This document shows positions 1 through 11,862 of a stretch of 64,000 nucleotides of DNA, piece after piece (position 1 is the first letter of the stretch; every line of letters starts with the position of its first letter). The DNA lies in assembly GCF_016432865.1 (NCBI RefSeq), contig NC_067399.1, positions 48,360,001-48,424,000 on the forward strand. Direction: 5' to 3'. The notes beneath the pieces are model-generated. The model ran no database searches, was not told the DNA's origin, and saw nothing but the letters and a program-made list of their open reading frames with translations. Source of the DNA: Antechinus flavipes (Eukaryota). The position numbers were made by a program, and so were the translations under genes.

Positions 1-384
1 AGAGAGGGCAAATAGTACTCATCATGTCTATTGATCCTTTTTTTAGTTCACCCAATCTGAAATTTTGGGTTAAACACTTCATAGCTTTTGTGGGTTAAAG
101 TGATGAAGAATACAACAGAAATTTCTCATTGATTTTGCAGTTTGATACCATAATTCCCCATGATTAGTCCCTAAATGTTTCATTATAGAAAGTTATGTGT
201 TAGCATTCCTAGATTCTAATACCAAGTTCTGATGCTATATCGACAATAAACTTAGCCCCATTCATTTGAGGTTTCTGACTCGGAAATAAAATTTGCCTTG
301 GGTTGAAAGTTGGCTGACAATATTTTGCCTAAGGTAACAATAGCCTTTTTCTGATGTAGTAATAACTTTTTTTAAAAATGCATT

Positions 385-510
385 CGGGGTTAAGTGACTT
401 GTCCAGAGTCACACAGTTAGGAAATATTAAGTGTCTAAGATCGGATATGAACGCAGGTCCTCTTGACTTCAGAGCTGGTGCTCTATCTGCTTTGCCTTCT
501 AGTTGCCCCT
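385..510 (-). mobile_element. Marsupial CORE-SINE (WSINE1/Mar1-like)
   Basis: Reverse complement of the tRNA-like head and core (ttaagtgacttgtccagagtcacacag...ggtgctcta...gcccc). Confidence 0.75.
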
Positions 511-583
511 GGAATGTGGTAAAAACTTAAAAGTGACATGATTTGAATAACTTGTTCATAATGGCTTAAAGAATTGTATGTGA

Positions 584-939
584 ATATACATATATTGTAT
601 TTAACTTATACTTTAACATTTTTAACATGTATTGGTCAACCTGCCATCTAGCGGAAGAGGTCTGGGGAAGGAGGGGAAAAGTTGGAACAAAAAGGTTTTG
701 CAATTGTCAATGCTGAAAAATTACCCATGCATATATCCTGTAAATAAAATAATTTTTTTTAAAATTTAATTTTATTTAATAATAACTTTGTATTGACAGA
801 ATCCATGCCAGGATAATTTTTACACAGCATTATCCCTTGAAATTACTTATGTTTCATTTTTTCCCCTCCCTCCCTCCTCCCCCCCCCCCAAGATGGCAAG
901 CAGTCCTATATATGTTAATTAAATAAAATAATTTTAAAA
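584..939 (+). mobile_element. L1 3'-end fragment carrying a nested opposite-strand L1 3' end (757-919)
   Basis: Outer TSD AAAGAATTGTATGTGA (568-583 and 940-955); inner TSD TAAATAAAATAATTTT (741-756 and 920-935). Confidence 0.85.
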
Positions 940-3900
940 AAAGAATTGTATGTGATTTGAGACTTTGTGTAGAAAGAACACAGACATGCTGCAAAGAAAG
1001 TCCAAGTAGACGACAAAGAATGAAGAAAAGAAGATGTTAACAATCCTATGAACAAGGTGAAGGGCATGGCCTGTGGCCTATAAGTGCAACCATTATGTTA
1101 GTTTTTAAAACCTCACTCAACACGGATATGTTGAATTATTTAGACTATAAATATCCATGTTAAATACACTCTAATTGTAAAAGCATCAGTATTGATGCTT
1201 TTTTAATAATTAAGACCTTATCAGATAACTTTTTGCTATAGATTGAATTCGGATTTTTCATTGTTGCCTTAAATTGGGGTGTTTTGGAGGGTACATAAAT
1301 GTAATTTTTGGTGTTTTTTTAACATGAAACCATGAATCTATTACTTATATTTGAAAAAATATGTAATAAATCAAACATGTTAGTTTCAAAGTTAAAAAAA
1401 AAAATCCCAACACAGGTACCAAGGCAATGATATCATCTAGGCTCTTGATGTAACCTAAATGGTAATGCTGGAGTCTTCTGACTCTGAATTTGACCCTCTT
1501 TTCATTTAACCAAAAATATTTGTTGGTAGAATGAAATTCAATATTTACTAGCTATTTTAAAAATATCTCCAAAGAGGTTTAGGACCATTAAATGTAAAAA
1601 AAAAAAAAAAAAATTTCCAAAGACTGGTACTCTGTAGGAAGCACTGTTATTTGACTTAGTCATGATAATGAAATTTGAAATGAAAAAAAAAAATCTGCTT
1701 CTCCTCTTAGGAAAAAATGAAAGTAGTATAAATATTCTTTGGGTCATGGCCATTTTTTCATCCATTTGAAAAACAAATGCCTGGGTATAATTCCAACAAC
1801 TTATCATTTATGTCCATCTTGACTCAACTGTACTCACATTATGGTGAGTAAAGAACATAAGAGTTATTCTTTTAAAATAAGGTTAGAAAAGCATTATCTC
1901 TAGTCCTACTTTCATTGATCTAAAATTCTAGGATCTACTTAACTAATGTATAAGCTTTCTGAGGGTAGGAAGGGTATTTTTTTTTTCCATTTCCTGAAAT
2001 GTTGCACATGATAAATTTAAGAGACAATTGAGTTTAGCAGAAAGACAGTTTACTTTGGAAACTCAAAAGACCTGAGCTCAAATACTGGCTCTGACATCCA
2101 TCATCTATAATACTCAGCTTCTCTGAGGCTATTTTTCATTGATAAAATAGTCATACTTCACAGGATTTTTGTTTAAAAAGTACCTTAAAGGGAATAAAAA
2201 CATATTTTAAATGTTTATTTCTTGCTTCTCGTTATGAATTAGAATAATGGATTTGAAAAGGAGGAAGATCTCCCATCAAGTTCCACTTGGACAATAATGA
2301 ACTGTGTGACCATGGATGAATCATTTAGTCTCTTGGACAACTCCCTAAGATAAGTTATATAAATGTTTGTTGTTAGAGGTCCTTGAGGCACTGAATAATG
2401 GACTTGACTGAGTTTCACCAGCATCAGTAAAATATAAGATTTAAGTATTGCTCCCACCCCCATCCCCTTTGCAAGCAGGACGCTGTACTTTATGTAGGAA
2501 GGAGCCTTTGCTGTAAGAACTCCATTTGATACTGTACATAGGTGGCAAATGGCCAAATTAATTTTGGTGACAAACAGCCCTTGTATAAGGCCATACTTTG
2601 GCCAAAACCTGTTTTATACTGCCAAAAACATGTCAGAAGGAGCTGGAGGATTTGGGGCTGGCTCCAAAGTTTGAATGTTATGCAACTCCTTAAGAAAGGA
2701 GGGCCCCAGGCAAAATTACAACCCCGAGCCAGCCTGAAGGTCACTGCCATGGAGGAGGCCTGATACAAAGGAAGGACAAGAAGCAGATCAGAGTAATTAT
2801 TACGAAAGATGCCAAAGGAGGAAACATGGTTTATAAGATAACACAGCCAATGTTGAGAAACTGGAGCTGAGGAAGAAGATAAACTACAGTGAGACAAAAG
2901 GGAACTTAGTTACCCCTTTCAACTGTTTTTACCAGACAGACAGAAAATGTCCTGAAAACATTTATTTTCTGCATTTTTGCGTACATTCTCCACAGGTACT
3001 GATGCCCTTAATAAGCCGATAGAAGGCCCTTTTTTTTTTTTCCTTCAGCTGATGCAAGCACATTTTTGATTCATCCCATCTAAATAAATCACTGTCCATC
3101 TGAAGCCCACAAGGGAAAAAAATGGATTAACCATCTCATATTATGACCATGAAAAGCCACATCTGCTTACCACATTTCTAATGATAAACAGCTGGTTACA
3201 GTTAGCTTTGTGGAACTGTGACTTTTCCTATTAACAACAGCAACAGCAGTAATAATAGCTAATAGGGCTTTGGGTTTATAAACAGCTCAGTGAAGATTAC
3301 CTATTGTCATTTTACAGATTAGGCAACTGAGGCTGAGAGAAATTGAGAGAGATGGGACCAGGGTCCTACAGCTAGTAAGCATTTTAGGCAGGATTAAAAC
3401 TCAGGACCTCTAGTCTCCAAGTGCAGTGCTCCATCCACCATGCTGCAATGGAGGAAAGATTAAATGAGTGGAGACTTTCTTGGTGAAGTCATTGAAATGA
3501 TAATCATTCATGGTTGATCACTGATCTAAAACCAGGTTAATAATTAAACCCCATCCCTGTTTCCCAAACTTAGGGCCCTGGAATTATGGTCAAATTCCTT
3601 CACTCCTTCCGTCCCCCCATGCAGTTTAAGACCAAATCAGGATTATTGCTAGGTTCTGATCAGCGGTCTCATTTCTTGGGATATCTAGATTGGATGCTCA
3701 GTAGATATTTTTAAGATTCATGTCTAAAATTAAATACTTTTATCTTTCTTCCAGCCTCCCACCCCCTTCCTAACTTTCCAAATACCAGCATCTTTATGGT
3801 GGGGTCCTTATAGGATTCCAAACTTGGAATCATCCTCAACTCCCTCCCTCCATTTCATCTTCCATAGCCAATCTCTTGCCAAGGCCTGTCATTTAAAATA

Positions 3901-4207
3901 TCCCCAAATACTCCCTCACCTCCTCTGCCACGACTGGGTGCAGACCATCAGCACCCATGCTGCCCACAGCGTTTTCTTGGTGGAAATATTGGAGTACTCT
4001 GCTATTTGTCCCCACAGTGGTTACGGCAGTTTAGGGGACTTGCCCAGAGTGACACAGCTAGTAAGTTTCTGAGGCTGGATGAACTCAGATCTTCCCGATT
4101 CGGGGTCCGGGGCTCTATCCAGCAAGTCATTTAGCTATTCCCCAACAGCTATCCTGTAATATTTCATAATTGTATAGTTTGCACCACAGTATGTAGACTG
4201 CGAAACT

Positions 4208-4385
4208 TGGGAGTCAGGGACTCATCTTCCTAAGTTCAAATCTGGACTCTAGCTGTGGGAGAGATACTTCACTGCTTGCCTTGGTTTCCTTATCTGTCAA
4301 ATGAACTGGAAAAGGAAATAGCAAATCACTCCAGTATTTTTGCCAAGAAAAGCCTAAATGGGGTCCCAAAGAATCAGAGAGTTGA
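4208..4385 (+). mobile_element. Mar1-like SINE with RTE-type tail
   Basis: B-box gttcaaatc, core ctcagtttcc-like segment, tail ggaaatagcaaatcactccagtatttttgccaagaaaa. A similar copy lies at ~6935-7143. Confidence 0.7.
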
Positions 4386-7300
4386 TAATGACAAGTCTGT
4401 TGTTTTCCCTATTAGAATGAGCTCCTTAAGAAATAGCATTTATTTTTTTCCTTTACTTTCTAACTCCAATGGTGCAATATCTGGCACAAAGCTAGCACTT
4501 AATAAATTTTGATTGATCAAGCTATGCTGAATGTCTCCCAACCTTTTCAAATATGAACTCTCTTTTAACATAAAAAAAATTCTGATAATCCCTCCTTCTG
4601 ACACTAGTTGTACTATTATCATGTTAATTTGAGAAAAGATAGGACTGGATATAGACTCTTTAAAAGAACTGCATAGACACTCAAGAATTTAAGGCCCACA
4701 GATCAAAAGGTGCTGATAGTCTTTAATGTAACTATGTGGTGCAGTGGATGGAGCACTGGGTCAAATCAGGAAGAGCAGAGTTCAAATCAAGCTTCAGCTA
4801 ACTTCCTAGCTGACACAATCTCTGCCTCAATTTCCTTAATGGTAAAATGATTATGTCACCTACCTTCCAGGGTTCATTGAAGATCAAATATTTGTCAAGC
4901 ACTTTTTTCAACTCTTAACATAGTGCCTGGCATATAGCAGGTGCTTAATAAGTGTTTTACTTTTTCTTTTTTGAAGTCTTTGCTGATTTCTCTTAGTTTC
5001 AAGCCTCCTTCTTCAATTACTTTTCTTTTACAAATAGGAGAATTTTACTATGTTAAACTCCTCCTTCAACCTTAAGATTCTCAACAGAACAAAGACTTAG
5101 AACACAAATACGTTGTGTTCAATTAAAACTTAAATCACCAAAATCACCCCGGTTGACGTTTAACTCAGTCAGCTGTTGTCATTTTTTCACAATATTATGA
5201 AGCAATTTGTCTCTTCTGCCCAATTCTCCTCCAAACCATTTCTTTCCCCCTATTTTTGGAAATTCCCTTTGTTCTAAAGCCTTTCCATGAAATTTTTCCA
5301 GATGAAATCCAATTATTTCTACTTACCATTATTCAAGCAAGCTATCATTACCATTGGGTCTTTCTACTTTCCCAACTAGATGGTTCTTAAGTATTCTGTA
5401 CTTGCTTATATACTAAAAACATACTAAAATTTGAATGTTTGTCTAACAATTATCTTTTAAGGATAAAATGGACAAGCCCATAGAGCTAAATGTCTTGTGT
5501 ACCAAAGTCAAATGCTCAGATTGTGCCTGAAATACTTTTCCTGGAGCAACAAATGTTTCTAGGATGCACCTTCTTCTTGGGGTATTAAATTTAAAACCTT
5601 AGTCCACTCTGGTTTGACTAATATTGGGATGCTTCTAAAAGGCCTCCTGGATGTGAAGTGTATGAATTAATAAAGGAATGGAAAGTGATTGAGGTTGTGT
5701 TATGTATAAAGTACTTGTTAAGTGCTGGAGAAAATTTTGAGGTAACTCCTGTTCTCAAGAAGTTCCCATTTTAATGTCTGGACATTTTCTCATTCTAGAA
5801 TTACAATCACTTAAAACATAGGAGAAGAAAAAGAAGAAAAAAATACAGCCTTTTAAAATATTAAAGTTAGACCAAGAAATTTAGGACACACCTATTCATC
5901 AAAATGATTTATCTTCTGCACCCAGTTAAAACTAGCAAAATGAAAAGTATGAGAAAATAAAAAGAAAACCCCAAAATATACTTTAAACAAACCACAAAAG
6001 TATGTATTTCACCTCAAACAGCTGATCTCTATTGAATATAGATTTGCCTACATTTCCTCCAGGTCACCCAAGAAACTTTCAAGATTTCCTCTGTATTCCA
6101 TTATCTGATTTAGGAAGGATTTCAAGGTCAAGAGCTGCTACTTCTCACCTCTTTCAAGTCATAAATCACCAAATGGAGGAAGAAGAGCTCACTTGCCTCA
6201 TGATTTAGAATGGAGAGAAGCAAGCTGAGTGCTTGCAGAGAACTCTGCACATCAGCAAATGAACTTATTTGTTCCCTGCTCCTTTCTCTCTGAATCCAGA
6301 GGGCCAAATCACCCACATCCAAGCCACCTGTTGTCGATAGGTAAAGAAAAGCTTTTAAACTGGAGACAGATATTGTACAACTTCCGGAATTAGCCCAAGT
6401 TCTGGCAAGTCAAGAATCAGTCCAAGTTCAAATCATCAAATTCTATCTTAAACCCTTTTCTATAGCAGAGGATGTGGTAGCAGGAGGCAAATCAACATTT
6501 AGGGGATTCTTTTCCCTTCCTAGGATACAAATATATCCTCCATAGGGAAGAGGTGCTGAAATTAGGTTTTAGTCATACAAAATACCATAGGAAACATGTG
6601 TAACCCAGGGCTGGAGGAAGCCTCTTCCCAAGCCTTATTTACCTGTTTATTATATTATGTGAATTATATATTAACCTACCAATAATTATTAACATATTTA
6701 TATGATATATAACATTCATATATCAAATGAATCAGAATGACCCAAACTGAAATACTGGAGCTAGATGGCATCTCAGGGATCCCATGGTCTAGGATACATC
6801 TGAGTAGGAATCCCTTCAAATGATCCAATGGGATCTGTATAGACCTTTGCACAGGGCTTGAAGGCCTCCAGCGACTAGGAACCCAACCCCTTCTAAGAGA
6901 GGCACCCCCAACCTCAGTGATGGAAAATAATCTAGATAGAGAATAGCACTAGATCTGGAGTCAACAAGATCTAATTTAAATGTAGCCTCACACAATATGT
7001 AATCCCAGACAAGTCACTCCACTCTGCCTCAGTTTGCCCATCTGTCAAATGAGTTGGAGAAGGAAATGACAAACCATTCCAGTGTCTCTGCCAAGAAAAT
7101 CCCAAATGGGATCAGAATCAGACATGATGGGAATGACTGAACCACAGGAGAGGGAGAAAGAAGCCATTCTTCATGAACCATAAAGAGCTAATAGATTTAA
7201 ATGAAGACAATCACCACTGGAAATAAGTGGAGCAAATTGAATTACTGGGTCTCTTTGCTCTTCCCAAACTGCCGGTTACCTAATCTCTGGATTTGTGTTA

Positions 7301-8201
7301 TTAGCCATCCTACTTTCCGGTCCATCCTACTCCAGGATAGTGGATGTGTTTTCCCTTTCCAGAACAGAGCCCTGGGGCAAGCTGCACATAAACATGACAA
7401 TCTAAAATGTTTTAAGCATTACTCCACCCAATGGTGTCATCAAGAAGCCTCACACCCTCCTGACCCCCATGGTGGAGGCCACGGTACAGACAGAAATCTA
7501 TTTGCTGAATTCAAATTACTTAGGGATATTCATTTTCTAGTTAGGAGAACAAATTCCAATGAGAAGGTTACTAGCATTCTGGGAATAAGAAGCCAGATCA
7601 GGCAGAGAAGAAAGAGGCAGAAATGAAATATACGGTCTGTTTTTCTTCCCTACTCCCTCTGCCCCTCCCCCAAATCTTTGGTCTCTGTCCAACACTCTGC
7701 TGGTAAATGAATGAGGAAACACTGTTAAGAGAGCTCACTTCCCAAAGTAATGTTTATATACTGGCATTTAAAAAGTTAACTCTGGGAAGGCCAGAAACTT
7801 TCATTTTCAGAAAAAAGCCCGTCTTAGTCAGTTTGGGAGCTGAACCCCAGACTGGAGTGAAACCCACCCGGCTCTCTCGGGAGCCTCACCAGCCTGCGGT
7901 AAGCGAGCACCGGGAGCCAAGGCGTCCCTTTTTGCAGAAGGACCTTGCAAGATGAAGCGGCTGAGAGTCGACAGAGGCAGGAGGACTCTGCACTCTCAAC
8001 CTTCCTGTAAGAGCCGAGGCAGCCCTCTTCTGCAGGGAAGAGGGGGCCCAGAGAGTCCCTTCATCAGGACCACAAAGCCTGCACTCGTGCACACTGGTCA
8101 CAACTTGAGCTTGAGATGCAAGTCTTGACCTTGTCTTCTGGCAGCTAAAAAAGGAGGGCAAATAACATTCGTGATGGCAGAGCCCTAAAGAATAACTTTG
8201 T

Positions 8202-8207
8202 TTTATT
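8202..8207 (-). terminator. UTP4: UTP4 polyadenylation signal AATAAA
   Basis: tttatt on the + strand, ~60 nt past the stop codon; first canonical hexamer downstream. Confidence 0.7.
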
Positions 8208-8268
8208 ATCATGATTTCTAGGAAAAGAACAGGTCAGCCAGTTCAGGGAAGGAACCACACAGCTCCAC

Positions 8269-8385
8269 TTAAGTTCCAAATTTCTTTCTTTTGATGGGTG
8301 GTGGAAGCTGAGCAATGATGTCTTCCAAAGGCCGTTCCACTGCCACCAATGTGCCTTCATCCAACAGGTCCATGAAGAGGAGGGG
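8269..8385 (-). CDS. UTP4: UTP4 last coding exon (117 nt incl. TAA)
   Basis: PLLFMDLLDEGTLVAVERPLEDIIAQLPPPIKRKKFGT*. The 15 exon lengths sum to 2061 nt = 686 aa + stop, the length recalled for human UTP4. Confidence 0.97.
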   Translation of the reverse strand, partial: PLLFMDLLDEGTLVAVERPLEDIIAQLPPPIKRKKFGT

Positions 8386-9376
8386 CTGCAAGTCATAGAG
8401 AGGACAATGATCCCGAGGGAAGCTCCCACCAGCCCCGTCAAAAGGAGCCCACCTAGTGAAATGTCTCCCAAGATTCCTCCTGCCCTAGGACTGAACCAAT
8501 TCCTCCCAAGACTAAAATGTCAGCTGTGGGGCACAGATTTACCCATAAGGGATTGCTCCCATTGAAATTTCGCCAGGTGAGAGGCAGCTGGTGGCCCAGC
8601 AGAGAAATGTGCTGGGCTTGGAGTCAGGAAGGCCCGAGTTCAAATTTTACCTCACTTAGGGAAATGTGAACTGAACAAGTCACTTAATCTCTGCCTACTT
8701 CCTCAACTGTTAAGTGGGAATACATGCCAGCCATCTGCCTGGTGACTTGGACAAAGTCAATGAACCTTTTTGGGGCTCAGTGTCCTTGTCTTTTAGTTAC
8801 AGAACTCTGAGCTCCCTCCTAGCTCCAAATTGAGGATCCCAAGAGGATATACCTACTAGAGAAAATTAAATGTTAACTGAGGAAGAAAACACCTTTGTCT
8901 GAGTTGTAAGGAGCCTTGGCGGAGGTAGACGGAAATCCTTAACTTCTTGGTTGCACAGGTATCGGACTCTGTGCCTAGCACTGGCTCACTGCAGGCCTCT
9001 AAAAAAAGTTCCTTTTTCCTATCCCAAGACCGCCAACTTTAAAAGGACTACATTAAGATAGATGCAACATCTACAACACCTTTAATTGAGGGCTTTGAGG
9101 CTTTTAGCCTTTGTACCACTCAGATACAAAGAAGCCAAAAATAAATAAAATAAAATTTAAATAAATAATTAAATAAATGAATTCCCGATCCTCCAGACAG
9201 TTTAAAAGGAGGGGGACGGACTGGATGATCTCGGAAGTTCCTTTTGCCCTAGGACCCTGAAATCTCACGTCTTGGAATAGTGTGTCAGGGTTTTGCTGCC
9301 TGGACTACAGCATCTTTACTTTCTTCATTAAATCATTAGCGCCCCAGCCTGGAGTCACTGCCCTGAAGAGACTCAC

Positions 9377-9487
9377 CTGAAATTTCTTAGAGATCTTGAA
9401 GGCGTGGGCATGGCGCCTTCTGACGTTTTCAGAGGCCTCCCGTAAGGAAAGCTGATTGAACAAGGGAGTTTTGTCATCTGGAAGTGG
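9377..9487 (-). CDS. UTP4: UTP4 coding exon (111 nt)
   Basis: PLPDDKTPLFNQLSLREASENVRRRHAHAFKISKKFQ; long poly-T tract then ctttag|; donor |gtgagt. Confidence 0.95.
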
Positions 9488-10464
9488 CTAAAGACCAAAA
9501 AAAAAAAAAAAAAAAAAAAAGCAATACATGTCAAGCCTTCATTATTCTTAGTTTCTGCTCGTCATCTCCTGAACAGGTCGGTGACCACACTGAATGTTAA
9601 TGACCCAACGGTCACATGCTTCTGGCCCCTCTTCCCAGGCTGTGCCTGAGAATGGCCGGACCCCCTAATCAGATCAAAGGTCAGCCTGGCCAGGGACCCT
9701 GTCAGGGAGAAAACTAGCGACCCCATGCTGCTGCCCCCCGGGAGAACCTGGGCGATCTCCTTGGGACCTAGCTGGGTCTGGGCCCAGCGGGGGAGTCCTT
9801 CCGGTCTCGCTCCCCTCCTGAGGCACTTGCCAGCCAGCTCTCCCACACGAGAGCCCCCCTCAGCCCCGGAGGCGGGCCTCTCACAGAAGTTGTAGTGAGC
9901 CACTCATTCCTGGCCATCTGCTTCCCCCACGTACCCCTCCCCCCCCGCCCGTGTTCACAGACACGACAAACCCCCGCCATGTGCTTCGAGCTTGCTCATG
10001 TGATGAGCACTATTTGCAGAATACCGGGCCGAGGGGCGGGCGTCTCCTTGAGAAAAGCGTGCCAGTGGGATGACTCAAGGCGGCAGCTGGCTGCGCCCGA
10101 AATACAGCCCAGCCCGCCTAAACCCTGGGGATGCAAAAGAGCATTCTGGGAGGCGGATTTCACAGCTCTGCTCGGCTATCCCAGCCATCTGCCTCTCACT
10201 AAGAAGGCTGTGAGGTTTCCAATTCCAGCAGCCGGAGAGCGTCCCTCGGGGTCACCCCGGGCCAAGCCAGTCCTGTCCAAGACATTAAAACCCTGCTCTG
10301 GTTTGCCCCCAGAAGGAGCCAGCTCAGCAAAAAAGCAAACCCAAGCTCTTTGCATTTACCCAGCAATCTCCAGGGCGTTCAGTCAAGTATCACTGCATCT
10401 GGCCCGTCCTGGGCCCCTTTTCGTAGGTGGGCAAAGAAGCTCGTGAAGGAAGGGAGGGACTCAC

Positions 10465-10650
10465 CATGGACTTATCAATGATGCAGAACATGTAGGTGTC
10501 ATGGAGGAGGATGTGGGTGGGCTTCTGGGGGTGGAAAGCGATGTGGGTGATGGGTGTGTCCCTCTCTAGCCAGAGGTAGTGCAGCCCCTGCTTCTGAACC
10601 TTCCGGCTCCAATCTGTGTACTGTTTTTGGGGGATGCTGAATTCAAAGAT
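10465..10650 (-). CDS. UTP4: UTP4 coding exon (186 nt)
   Basis: IFEFSIPQKQYTDWSRKVQKQGLHYLWLERDTPITHIAFHPQKPTHILLHDTYMFCIIDKSM; ttccag| and |gtgagt. Confidence 0.96.
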
Positions 10651-10816
10651 CTGGAAAAGAGCACGAGAAAAGAATCAAGCTTAGTCCTAATGAAGGACCC
10701 TGCACTTCCCTGGGTGCAAATCACAAAGAACTCAGACACCCGTGCAGAGTGGAGAAACGTCCCGAGTCCGAGCCCTTTGATGGTGGATGCTGAGGAAATG
10801 GGAGGGGCCCACCCGC

Positions 10817-10832
10817 TCCGCAGGGGGCGCTA
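10817..10832 (+). promoter_or_regulatory. CTCF-like motif
   Basis: TCCGCAGGGGGCGCTA: perfect 3' part (CAGGGGGCGCTA), two mismatches at the 5' end. Confidence 0.4.
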
Positions 10833-11241
10833 AGAAGGCCACAAGGGCTCTGGCTTTGCTGACCATTCAGTCTGCCCCCCGAGACAGCCAAACAGGAGGA
10901 AATTCGGATAGGATAAGGAGCAGCCATTTCAGAGAGCGCTCCCTCCCCCACCAGCCACCTAAGAATGAGTGTGGTCCGGAGGGCCGCCCCCATCACCGAG
11001 CCCTTTTGTGACATGAGCCAGTAATTTAACTTTCCTGCGTCTACGTTTGTCAAACACCAAGTGGTTGAAGAAGCAGGGATGGTGCAAAGTGAGGGAAGGG
11101 CTGAGATGGTCTCCCAAATCCTGCCCTATCTCATGCTCACCGATGCCGCACTCCAAGCCCACGGCCTATCTGTCCGCCACCAGGCCCCCCACGGGGTCAG
11201 CGCTGACCACCCCAGCCTCCCCGCCCCCAGGGGTCTCCCAC

Positions 11242-11337
11242 CTGTTGGTCTGCGTGCGCGATCACCAGGTTGTTGGTACCAGGTGCGATGGCCAGGGCTG
11301 TCACGGGGAAGTTGTAAGCAGGCACTGTGCAGTGAGG
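11242..11337 (-). CDS. UTP4: UTP4 coding exon (96 nt)
   Basis: PHCTVPAYNFPVTALAIAPGTNNLVIAHADQQ; cctcag| and |gtggga. Confidence 0.96.
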
Positions 11338-11755
11338 CTGAGGAAGACAAAGAGAAGGAGGCGGGAAGCGGCGTGAATGCCCTGCGCTCTCACTGCTCTG
11401 AAACCCCTGCCTGGATTCCGGCGCAGACCCCCATCCTGGGAGGCATCAGTCGGGGGCTGGACATGAGACACAGCCACGTGCAGCTAAAGGCTGACTTTCT
11501 TAGACTTGGCTTGAATTGTCCCTAAATTCTGCTCCCTGAGGTTCCGTGGGAGATGTGGGCAGAGCCGGCCCGAGTGTGGAAGACCTGGATCAGGCCCCAC
11601 TTCTGCCAGATACTGGCTGTGTGACCCTGGCCAGGTCACTTCGCTGCTCAAGGGCCCCTGGGCAGCCCACCACCAAAGACTCCTAAGTTGCACCAATAAA
11701 ATCCTAGGTCTAGACCAAAAATAAATTTATAATTAAAAACAAATCTTGAACCCAC

Positions 11756-11862
11756 CTTCAGATGCTTCAAATCATAGACACTGACTCCATTACTGGGGCC
11801 GGCTGCAGCTAACCAGCTCCCATCTGGGCTCGCTGCCAGCAGAGTCGTGGCCTCCGATGTCC
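11756..11862 (-). CDS. UTP4: UTP4 coding exon (107 nt)
   Basis: TSEATTLLAASPDGSWLAAAGPSNGVSVYDLKHLK; tcacag| and |gtgggt. Confidence 0.94.

Noticed and set aside
2239-2897. Cluster of 73-135-aa ORFs in non-obviously repetitive sequence downstream of UTP4
   Set aside because: No recognisable protein similarity, splice structure or poly-A/TSD; may be an old TE. A tBLASTx/Dfam search would settle it.
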